DNA of 63,690 nt, the filler included, from Dicyema japonicum (lineage: Eukaryota > Animalia > Dicyemida): assembly GCA_011109175.1 (NCBI GenBank). It is 13 parts of 13 records of this genome, joined end to end, with 100 filler letters (N's around TTAATTAATTAA, not from the genome) between each part and the next. Parts side by side here need not be neighbours in the genome. Positions count along the whole stretch, not along the records: positions 34,327 to 52,239 come from RDEW01000005.1; positions 52,340 to 54,451 come from RDEW01000138.1; positions 54,552 to 58,914 come from RDEW01000191.1; positions 59,015 to 62,110 come from RDEW01000347.1; 9 more parts are not named here. One strand, written 5' to 3'. The notes under the pieces are model-generated. The model ran no database searches, had not been told where the DNA came from, and saw only the letters and a list, made by a program, of their open reading frames with translations. This document shows positions 50,081 through 60,712 of this stretch, piece by piece. Position 1 is the first letter of the stretch. Each line of letters starts with the position of its first letter. A program made the translations under genes and the position numbers.

Positions 50081-51408
50081 AACGAAAAAAATAACAGAGG
50101 ATGCCTGATTCACGTGATCAAGAAACAATCCGACCCCAACGACCTTGGGTAGGATCAAGGGAGAACCATCGAACCAAGCTGAGAGCTTGGATTAAATTTG
50201 TCTGATCACTTAGTTTGTTTTTTTTCAGCATAACGCTGCTCTTAGAATAAAAATATTATAATCGCACTAAGTCTTTATACTCCGTTTTTAATTGCAACAT
50301 AAACTTCAAAGGGATTGCTTTTACACTAAATAGGCAACCTTACGCTCAGATTTGGAAAAATGCAAAAAAGAGTTCATAGAGGATCAGCTCTCAAAAATGG
50401 AAAATAATGGTGGGATTTTCTGGGCGAGAGTGCTAGTATCAGAAGATCAAGTTCGAAGGGAACCTCGTTCATTTATTAATTGTTAGTGGATTCAGAAATT
50501 ATCGAATGTGGCTTTTGAATAATAACACAGTTTGGCTTTGACGATATATGTGTAGAATTACTGACTCAGCTAAAAATATCAATGTCAATCGTTGATATTT
50601 TTAGAAGCAATCAGTATTTTATGGAAATGTCACAGAGTTTGGCTTTGACGATATTTGTGTAGAATTACTGACTCAGCTAAAAATATCAATGTCAATCGTT
50701 GATATTTTTAGAAGCAATCATTATTTTATGGAAATGTCACAGATTCAGAAAAGTGATGTACATTCTGGGAGTTGACTTTCAAAACTTTTGACTTGAAATA
50801 AATAACTGTTCTCAAGGACGTTTTTGTCAAAAATTGCCTTACTATTATACGACTTTTGACGTCACTCGTATGAGGGTTATGCTTGTTGGAGTTCTTTTAA
50901 TTACTTTTTACTTTTTAACTAAGGATTAATTTTAAAACTTATGTCAACAAGATCGGTAGCAATGTAATGGAATTCCGCGGTTTGATTGCAAACTTCAAAG
51001 TGGACATTGGGGTTGTTCAATAGTCAAAGCTTTCTAAATCACCCCCCACTCTTTTTTCTCAAAGATTCGTTGTATAACAAAAGAACCTTGTAAAAGGATC
51101 TGATAGAGGACTCAATTACCAGGAGTTAAATTGCATCCAAAAATGTTGAAACAGTGGTGTCCTCTATGTGGGGGATAATAATTTAGAAAAGATATCTATT
51201 GTCTATTCACGTCGAGACGTTACATATGGTTATTCTCTTTGTGTGTCATCGTGTTCAAAAAGTGTAATAACTATGCGATGGCGGACTGGCTGTTATACCG
51301 CGAAACGAGAACATGAAACACTTTATTGAAGTCTACACTAAGTTTCTATAGTATCACTCATTGATTTGGATTATTTATGTGCTCGATCGTTTCTCAGATA
51401 CCATAAGA

Positions 51409-51720
51409 CAGGGGCTCTCAAACTCAAATCAATGCATGGGCCATTTTTTAGATTAATTAATTTTTTAACTTATAAATTTACAAAAGAAAAGTTAATTTTT
51501 TAATAAAGCTTGCAATATTGCTGGATATTCAAATTTATAAAAGTTGGTTCAGAGATCTCATGATTGTATTTCATTACCAAAAACAAATTAATTTCTCGTC
51601 TCAAAGCAAAAAATATTTTCAGTACATTTTCTCGAATCAACCATCTCACTTTGTTACAACAATTCTCCAGATTCACTATCCATAATTGACAAGAAAGAAT
51701 TTGCCCATGTTTCAAAGATC
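51409..51720 (-). mobile_element. hAT deletion derivative: TIR plus transposase fragment
   Basis: CAGGGGCTCTCAAACTCAAA at 51409, flank ccaTAaga; VRWLIRENVLKIFFALRREINLFL resembles EVRWLSRGKVL.RFF.LREEI. Confidence 0.75.
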
Positions 51721-52014
51721 TTCCACCGATACGTTACACATTTAACGACACATTTATAAAATCATTAATAATTTATTCAAGTCCGATTTAATAAAAAGGA
51801 TTTTAGTTTTTGTGCTTTTTCGTATCGCAATTGTCCACATGAAAGTCATAGTCATCTTAATGGTTAAACTCGTAAGACCTTCTTATTTTAACTCTTTTCT
51901 TATTCCAGTTGTATTCATACAGATCATGCATTGAAATATTTGATTCAAATCTATAATAAATTACAAATTTAAAATTCACGCGTGGTCTTTGGTCTTGTGA
52001 GTAATTGTATCATC

Positions 52015-52239
52015 ATGGAGCGTTGTTCATACAATGGAGCAACACACATTACACCCAAAAGACTCGACACTACATGCTCTACATGCGGTTTTGGCAATTC
52101 ACGCAAATATGGACTTTTCTGCTTGTCTCGCCGTTAATTTTTCCACCTCGGATGCATAAAGATGTCTCAGCGGGCTGCGTGCTCGCTCTGCCTGTGGAAC
52201 TGCAGTGTCTGCATGGGAACTGGTTTGAAAACCCAGAGG
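52015..52239 (+). mobile_element. 5' end of a second PHD-CRE copy (PHD finger, one stop), truncated by gap
   Basis: CSTCGFGNSRKYGLFCLSRR*FFHLGCIKMSQ..LWNCSVCMG is clearly homologous to the PHD at 43430-43270. Confidence 0.75.
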
Positions 52240-53529
52240 NNNNNNNNNNNNNNNNNNNNNNNNNNNNNNNNNNNNNNNNNNNNTTAATTAATTAANNNNN
52301 NNNNNNNNNNNNNNNNNNNNNNNNNNNNNNNNNNNNNNNCAAAAAGTGCGGGCAACTTTTCTGCCATAAAACCTGATTGTCTATGTATGGAGCAATCAGA
52401 TGAACTTCAAAGTTGATGATTTTTAAATATTGAATATACGGAAAATGAAACATTTATTGTAATTGAAAATTCTTTAGATTTGAAGAATAGTGAACAAGAA
52501 CCTGAAAAAAATAAAACCTGTAGAAAAAACGGATATTGCAGTTGGATTAACTGCATAATTGGAGAAGGTGATGTTAGTGTTCTTATAAGACACGTCAAAA
52601 TGAAACATTTATTGTAATTGAAAATTCTTTAGATTTGAAGAATAGTGAACAAAAACCTGAAAAAAATAAAACCTGTAGAAAAAACGGATATTGCAGTTGC
52701 ATTAACTGCATATTTGGAGAAGGTGATGTTAGTGTTCTTATAAGACACGTCTTTGTACTGTTGGGAGTTGCACTGTTTGTACAGGGAAGCAAATCCGTTT
52801 CCATTTTGTCGGATAAGGTCTTAAAGTGATCAGGGGATTAGTTTACTCAAGAACTCAATGTCGCTGATTTTTTGTTTGTTCGTACAGGACATATTGATTC
52901 CCCATGACGCACATCCATAGCTGATAGATACCTCAATGTTTGTACAATGATTTCAACGCTGGGAAAAAAGTCTTAATACCACCAAATGAGTCTAATGCCT
53001 CCACTCCTGTTGGTAGAAAAAACCGGATGGTTTCAAGTGTTAATAAATAAATTGAATAACTCTCAGGATAGTCACCTTGTGTGATGTATTAAGCAACGCT
53101 TAAAGTAATGTCACCATTTTCTACAATGGTTTCTTCCATACTTGTCGCCTTTGGTTATCTTTGAGCTACCGGCCAGGCATTGGACGTCTTCTGAGTCAGA
53201 TGGATCCTGCGACGTATCATAAAAAATGAAAATACTTGCACCAAGTTGGTAGCAGTGTATGAATCAAACTCATAGTTAAATCGCGACACAACGACAGCAT
53301 TAACACTTTCTGACTTTGGTTTTTGATTTCAAGAAACCATTAAAACAGCAATGACGTGAAATTTTTTGGCTGAGAAATTTAACTATCCATAAATCATATT
53401 TTATATGTCACCATTCCAATATTACACAGGGTTATTAGTCAATATAAAAAATTAATAACAAATTTAAAAAATTTATTTGGTTGAGGTGGTGACGACATCT
53501 CTATTGCACAAATGTCTGAAACGCACTTA

Positions 53530-53890
53530 AAGCGCTTGAAGGAGCTTAAAAATACATCTGTCAGTGTAAGAGGGATCAGCAAAGAGTGAAAAAGAAACTT
53601 GTTATGTTCTGATCTGGTGAGATAAGGTTCAGACTTGGGATGCCTACAAGAGACAAAAGTATAGGCTGGAATGGACGAGGTACATAGAGACTATAGACTC
53701 ATTTGACTACCATCGTCATCAAAACACAATGGACAGGGATTTGCTGTGCACAAGAAACTTGTTCGTGGGAGTCGTCGGTGTTAGAGTGTTAACGACAGAA
53801 TTAGCATACTGCAAATACAGGGATGGGGTCAAACGTACTTCGAAGGCACTTATCTCAATTATAAATGTTTATGCACCCCACATTGGAGGG
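53530..53890 (+). mobile_element. RTE-type APE endonuclease remnant
   Basis: LGCLQETK, GQGFAVHK, VNDRISILQ, IINVYAPH. Confidence 0.75.
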
Positions 53891-54109
53891 TACGCTAATA
53901 ATTTCGGATTTATTAAACTTTATTCTAAAAATTAAAGAATAATGAATTATTTATTTAAATATTTAAAAATAATAATATACCGGGAAATTACAACTAAGCT
54001 GTTGTGTCGATAATGCGTACTGAATGTTTTCCAGTAAGTACAAGATGAGATCCATTAGAAACCACGTTTAGAATGTGAGTTGATCCTTCCAATCAATCAA
54101 TCAAATCAA

Positions 54110-54451
54110 ATTTATTCCAAAGTAAGTAAGTAAGGAGTTATTTTTTAGGATATTTAAACGTGTCCGCCTATGCGGCCTGAACACTTCTGATGTATCCACA
54201 CTCCATTTAGTTATCTTTTATCGTCGGATCCCATCGATTCTTTTTTCTATGATGTTTTTGACAGGAGTTAGAATCATGTCTTCTTCAGTGCTTAGAGCAT
54301 CCCAGAGCCATTTTCCTAAAGTCAACTTTATTGCCGATCTTCTGGTTTTTTCCATGAGAAACATTATTCTTTCTCTTTGTCAAGAAAAAAACCATGCTTC
54401 GCATCCATATAGCAGTTCCGGTAGGATGATCCTCATGAAGATGAACATGAA
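54110..54451 (-). mobile_element. LINE 3' end, same family as 9616-10560
   Basis: LLYGCEAWFFL..EKTRRSAIK..LGKWL; 3' UTR GGCCGCATAGGCGGACAC...ACTCCTTACTTAC..GGAATAAATTTGATTTG. Confidence 0.85.
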
Positions 54452-54551
54452 NNNNNNNNNNNNNNNNNNNNNNNNNNNNNNNNNNNNNNNNNNNNTTAAT
54501 TAATTAANNNNNNNNNNNNNNNNNNNNNNNNNNNNNNNNNNNNNNNNNNNN

Positions 54552-56067
54552 GTGGGAGATGTGATACGATTGAGTTTCTCAGACTTTGGTGTACGTACAT
54601 GTCTTGTAAAACTGGGAAAACAAATAAAATTATTGGAAGGGAATAATTCCAACACAAAGGGGGTAATTAACTGTCGTACATGTATGCGAGATATTAGAGA
54701 ATTCAAGTTCAATTTTGATGACTTTTCTACAGAATTGGATATTTTGATTGTTTTATCTTTTTTTATTTTAGACTTGCGCCTTATCAGCTGTTTATGTGTT
54801 TGTCCCCGGAAGAGTCATTGTTGTACGTCTTCGGAGTAAAAACTGTCTCGGGATTATCCTTAATAAACCTATATATAAAAATATTGGCAGCTATCAGGTC
54901 ACATGCATGGTATTTCCACCACCAAACGACAAGCTTACTTCTCCTCCAATGTTTAATGGCTATGTGAGATATTTTACAAGTAATTCTCTTATTGCAATGT
55001 CGTATATTGATGTTGAGAACATTATTTGGATTAGTGACTGTGTTATTGATATAAACGGTAATGTAATTATGAAGAATTTCCGTAAAAGGTTAAAGTGTGG
55101 TTATTTTAGAGGATCAAACTCTCCTGAGGTTATGGAAATTAGGGATAGTTTGTACAAATATGCAGAGAATTGTGGGTTTTATATTCCATTTTTGAATAAA
55201 CTCAAGCGTGACAACATGTTGAAAAGGAATATTCAGAACATAAAGAGGATATTGACTGAATTTAATAAATTTAAATGTTCAGAATGTATTCATTTTGGGA
55301 GTCATGTATTATTATATTTGTTATACAGTTTAAATCAATCATTAAGGTTATGAAGAATGAGGAAGAATTAGAGAAGGTTAAGGGGGAGTACAAACAACAG
55401 GAAGAATCACTATATTCTGAGTACAACTGCAGATTAAATGTACTTTGTTTTATCAGTTTAGGTTCTCAAGTCTTTGAATTATGTTAGTCAAACTGGAGTT
55501 GTTGAGTTGAAGGGGAATTTTGCTAGAATTCTCAATCACATGGAATTATTTTTGACAGAATTGGCTGTTCATGGTGTACTCTCTTTACTAGAACCCCCCG
55601 ATTTAGTGGCTGTCATGTCGGTGGTTATATATGAAGGTAAAATTAAACGAGCCCCAGGAATATTTTCTATGAAATTCGAACAAGTTGTTTTATTTGTAAA
55701 TTGTAGGCTTTGGTAAAAATGTATGAATTGGCTGATAAAATTGATGTTTTGCAGAATAATGTTATTGACCAATTTGAATTTATTTCCCCCAAACTTAATG
55801 ATGGCTTGGCTGCTGTTACTTATAGCTGGGCCTTGGGTGTGGTAGTCATCATTTTTATTCTTTTAGCCATTTTCGCAAGTCATGAAAGAGACTACAGAGG
55901 ATGAAGGGGTAGTGGTCAGGTGTATACAGAGAGTGCATGAAACTCTACTTGACTATCATAGTGCTTGTCGTTCTGTTGGAGATTTTTCATTATCTGCAAG
56001 AATTCTAGAGGCATCAAGGATAATAAATCGTGATATTGTATTTACTGGTTCTCTTTATGTTGAATAA
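54552..56067 (+). CDS. SKI2: Ski2/SKIV2L DExH RNA helicase, C-terminal part (arch plus DSHCT), 5 introns of 22-25 nt; 5' end lost in gap
   Basis: EYNCRLNVLKSLNYVSQTGVVELKGNFARI, ELFLTEL, LNDGLAAVTYSWALGVPFSQV, EGVVVRCIQRVHE, INRDIVFTGSLYVE-TAA. The RCIQR motif favours SKI2 over MTR4. Introns: 54750-54771, 55306-55328, 55440-55461, 55684-55706, 55842-55866. Confidence 0.9.
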
Positions 56068-57244
56068 ATTTTCTTACCTTTTATGTAGTTTCATTATGTG
56101 GAGATGAACTGGTTGACTAATCAAACACATTACGGAATTTATCTGCAAGAATTCTAGAGGCATCAAGGATAATAAATCGTGATATTGTATTTACTGGTTC
56201 TCTTTATGTTGAATAAATTTTCTTACCTTTTATGTAGTTTCATTATGTGGAGATGAACTGGTTGACTAATCAAACACATTACGGAATAACATAGGTAGTA
56301 GATATAACACTATCCAATCTCATTGACTCCCCGTGATCACAAGTCCCATCAGAGTTATTGAAACGTCAATAAACATAATCCTTTATGGATTTGAAAAATA
56401 TAATTTGGGACATGTTTGCATGCTTTATTGACTTTCCTTTGTAGACACACTATCTTTAACCAAACTCAACTAAGTCATGAAAATTTTTTATCATAAACAA
56501 AATCTTAAAATGGAAACCGAATTCCACGTAACGAAGGTCGAAGTCATTTGTGCCTTTGATGCTTTTAGCCGCAGCACTGGGGATATTNTATCCAATCTCA
56601 TTGACTCCCCGTGATCACAAGTCCCATCAGAGTTATTGAAACGTCAATAAACATAATCTTTTATGGATTTGAAAAATATAATTTGGGACATGTTTGCATG
56701 CTTTATTGACTTTCCTTTGTAGACAACACACTATCTTTAACCAAACTCAACTAAGTATTTATCATAAACAAAATCTTAAAATGGAAACCGAATTCCACGT
56801 GACGAAGGTCGAAGTCATCTGTGCCTTTGATGCTTTTAGCCGCAGCACTGGCGATATTGATGGACTTTGTCCTTGTCGCATCAAGGATCTCATGATACGA
56901 TCGATGCTGGACGAAATCTGTTATCCGTCGTCTAAAAATTGTAAATGGGGATGTTCCCAAATATGCTAGAGATATCTTCATGCGTTTAACAAGCCTGAAT
57001 TGATTGTCGTCAGAAATTACTTTTGGCATATATGTTCAAAAATTGCGAAAAAACAGCAAGGGAAGCCATTTGACTACTCATTTTCTCCCTGACATCTCAG
57101 CTGAGATCCCAAAGTTTTTGTCTCTCGCGCATTAAGAGGTTTTAGGCCTCGCGAAAAAAACTATATTTAGCAGAACATCAGTAATGGTTAACCTTATATT
57201 CTCAGTTAACATAATTTTCCATTAATAGAGAATACAAAAATAAT

Positions 57245-57778
57245 TTAAAGTAATTTCAAATGTCCCGTATATTTATCAATCCAAAACGAAGGAGCTATAA
57301 ATAATATAAAAAGACAAACCAGGACCAATTTCCAAAACTGTGAAGGTACCACTCTTCACTTGTGTCCGACCAGCATCACAAATCAACGACCTAATAAGAC
57401 CACCGTTCGTCACAGATTTATTCAATTCAATTAGTTCCTCTTCACTCGTCACTTTCAACACAATCTTAGGTTGGCCGTTTAGTTTCCATTCCTTAAACAA
57501 GTTTTGGTGATGCTAATACGATTTCATTGCGCACTCAACTGCAGCATGTCCCACCTGGGCAGATATTTTGCCCCTTTCCATTTTGAGATCAGTCCTTACT
57601 ACGATCACCATTTTGTATTGATTATGATCATCCTAAATGACTTGATAATAAACATTACTGTGTTAAAACTGCGGTGAGATATTCTCACCTTTCGCAATAT
57701 TAATGAGGTCAAAATACCAATGAGGAATGAACCTGCTGCTATCGAACAAGACTGAGCCGACACAAAACTAAACTGCAT
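57245..57778 (-). CDS. PTRH2: Peptidyl-tRNA hydrolase 2 (Bit1) with N-terminal TM anchor; in-frame TAG at 57513-57515 (pseudogene, error or readthrough)
   Basis: [65 protein letters not shown] at the conserved end. Introns 57633-57658 (26 nt) and 57295-57319 (25 nt). Confidence 0.9.
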
Positions 57779-58019
57779 GTGAATTTAAATTAAATTTATT
57801 AAAATTTGTTTAAATAATTAATTGTTTTTTAAAAACCATATTTAGTTAATAAAATTAATATTCACTTTTGCGGAAATAAAGTATTCAACTTTATAAGTCG
57901 TCTACTGCGTGCTTGTGTTGGATCGAGTGAAGACCACCGAGCCAAACTGAGAGCCCTATTGAAATTCGCCGGGATCACATAATTTCTTGTTTTTGTTTTT
58001 AACTGTGGTCTTTGGAGAT

Positions 58020-58914
58020 AAATTTCAATTTCAAGTCACTCACAACTCAATAAGCGACCATAATGCGATCCTTTTGAAGATCAAGAGAGAAACGTCAACT
58101 AGGAGGAGGTCCTCATAGAAATTCAACTAAAATCTCGCAAACTGGAGACTTTACCGTACACTTACTGACAACCTACTGCAATACCTGGATGGCATTACTT
58201 CCACGGACAAAGTAGTCGCTTATGTAAATCGCACTATCTTGGATGCGAGATCACTATCTGTACTTAAACACCACCTTAACTACGTCAGGGGATATGGCAG
58301 GTCGGCATTAACCAAGGAAAGAAACGAACTCAAAAAGTCTGGCCGATTAACTACTGAGGATAAGTTTAGACTGAAGGCTTTGGATAATGACTTAAAAAAC
58401 AGGGAGGTAAAAACACAAATATCAAGATGGAAGCATGTGTTCTCCTCTTTGAATAGAAATAGACCTACTACTCAAATTTGGAAGACAATCCGAGACGCCT
58501 CAAGAGAGGATGAAAGATCGTCCAAGGTGGATCACAGCCAAAAGGACTTAAACAACAATAATAAAATACTATGTGAAAATATCCTATAAAGACCATAAGA
58601 AGTCGGATGTATCCTCGAAATATCTCAGTAAACCGAAAAGGGAACCAGATATGATTCACTTCACTGAAAATGACGTGAGAAATGTATTGAAAGCCATCCA
58701 TAAGAAGTCGGATGTATCCTCGAAATATCTCAGTAAACCGAAAAAGGAACCAGATATGATTCACTTCACTGAAAATGACGTGAGAAATGTATTGAAAGCC
58801 ATTAAAACAACCTAGCGGACCGGATAAGATCACAATGATCCTCTTAAAGAATATGGGAGACTATGGAATCGCTGCATTAACGAGGATATTCAACCACTCC
58901 ATTAACAAAAATTC
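58020..58914 (+). mobile_element. APE-LINE fragment: endonuclease end, linker and RT start, with ~100-bp duplication
   Basis: SDHNAILL, WKHVFSSL..TTQIWKTI, FTENDVRNVLKAIK..GPDKI. Confidence 0.75.
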
Positions 58915-59249
58915 NNNNNNNNNNNNNNNNNNNNNNNNNNNNNNNNNNNNNNNNNNNNTTAATTAATTAANNNNNNNNNNNNNNNNNNNNNNNNNNNNNN
59001 NNNNNNNNNNNNNNACACAGGAATATAGATTGACAAAGAGTTACATAAACGATTTTTGAAATTTGAAATATTTAATTTAACTCATTTTAAAATTATAAAT
59101 ACTTTTGAAAATTTATTGGGATATTAAAATAAGGAATAATAATATGAAAACTAAAATTACTTTATTCCTTTTGATTTTAAAAGCATTCTTTTGGCTATAA
59201 TATTTTAGCAATATAGTTAGATTTTTGGAGGAAGCACATTATAAAAAAT

Positions 59250-59393
59250 TTACTTACCTGGTCGTGATTTACTGTTATCATTTAGACAGTTTATCTATTG
59301 GATTGCCGCCTATTGCACTGCAGGTCGCTTTCCAGTACGGACCGTTCCATACGGGCTGTCCTACGGCATATTTTTTCAGTGTGCTTTTGCACT
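59250..59393 (+). ncRNA. U1: U1 spliceosomal snRNA (divergent, ~144 nt)
   Basis: ACTTACCTGG at 59252-59261. Closing helix GTCGT/ACGGC. SL1 GAT-ACTGT[TATCATTTAG]ACAGT-ATC. SL2 TATTGGA..CCT[ATTGCACTGC]AGG..TCCAGTA with the U1A loop. SL3 GGAC-CGT[TCCAT]ACG-GTCC. Sm-like ATATTTTTTCAG. SL4 GTGC[TTTT]GCAC. Order and spacing match U1. Confidence 0.88.
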
Positions 59394-59559
59394 TTTATAA
59401 TTTTTCAATAATAATAGATTTTTTTTAATAAAGTGCACCTGATTTTGCTCGACTGTAGTTTTTGAGATATGTCTCGGAGATTTACTTGGTGACCTTTTAA
59501 ATAATTGACCCGATCTGACGTACTAGGACCCGTAAGGTCTTCCTGTGTGCCGAGAGTTC

Positions 59560-60712
59560 AGCTTAGAAAGACATTATGAAACTAACCATCGAATGTTTTA
59601 CAAAAATAGAGCAAGCCAATGTAGCTTCTGTTACTGCGAACTATGAACTCAGCCGAATGGTCCCAATGGGTGACAAATCTTACATTGAAGGAGATTTATA
59701 AGACATTGATGGTAAGAAATCTGATATTGTTTGCCCATGGAATACACAGTTATGTCAGAACATTCCATTAACCAGGAACACTTCTGCTGGACAGATTGAT
59801 TATCACAGGATGATTTGAAACAACGGTTGAAGACTACATCATCTAAATTTGTGAACACCTTTTTTTGCTATTGATGATACCGTTGACATCACTGAAGTAG
59901 CACAGCTTGCAGTTTTTAGCAGTGTCTATGACAGGGCAGTGATACATTTCAGTCAGAACGAGTGATTTTATAATCTTTTAAAAATNCCGCCCCCCTTCAT
60001 CAGAGTCTCTTGTGATCCACAGTTGAGTTTACTATTTAGATAATAATTTTTATTTAGACACTGCTGCTGGACAGATTGATGATCACAGGATGATTTGAAA
60101 CGACGGTTGAAGACTACATCATCTAAATTTGTGAACACCTTTCTTTTGCTATTGATGATACCGTTGACATCACTGAAGTAGCACAGCTTGCAGTTTTTAT
60201 CAGTGCCTATGACAGGGCAGTGATACATTTCAGTCAGAACGAGTGATTTTATAATCTTTTAAAAATAATATCAATTGCTTTTTCCAGAAAGTTGGTCTCT
60301 CGATTATGAGAGGTAACTCCCATCGCGTGCTCAATGCCTGCAGGCCATAATGGAGAGCTGTAATAACAACTTTACTTTAATAATAAATTGTTATATTTGG
60401 CTTAGTGTCATCGTAATATAGTCGTTGTGGTAGGATTACGAATTATTAAATACACTGTCTCTCGATTATGAGAGGTAACTCCCATCGCGTGCTCAATGCC
60501 TGCAGGCCATAATGGAGACCTGTCATAACAACTTTACTTTAATAATAAGTTGTTATATTTGGCTTAGTGTCATCGTAATATAGTTGTTGTAGTAGGATTG
60601 CGAATTATTAAATACGCTTCAATAAGATTACGGTGTTTTTCAGATTTATTAGTGTGGCCCGCTTGTATGCTCAAATTATCTTATGCGGCTCCTGGAGCCT
60701 TTTGAGTTTGAN
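59560..60712 (+). mobile_element. hAT Charlie/Buster (GTF2IRD2/EPM2AIP1-type) transposase remnant with terminal repeat at 60640-60712; CRE tips inserted at 60295-60540
   Basis: ERHYETNH, EGDFI, IPLTRNT, SFAIDDTVDITEVAQLAVFI (FSLALDESTDI..AQL.IFI motif); end GTGGCCCGC...TTTGAGTTTGA. Confidence 0.8.
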
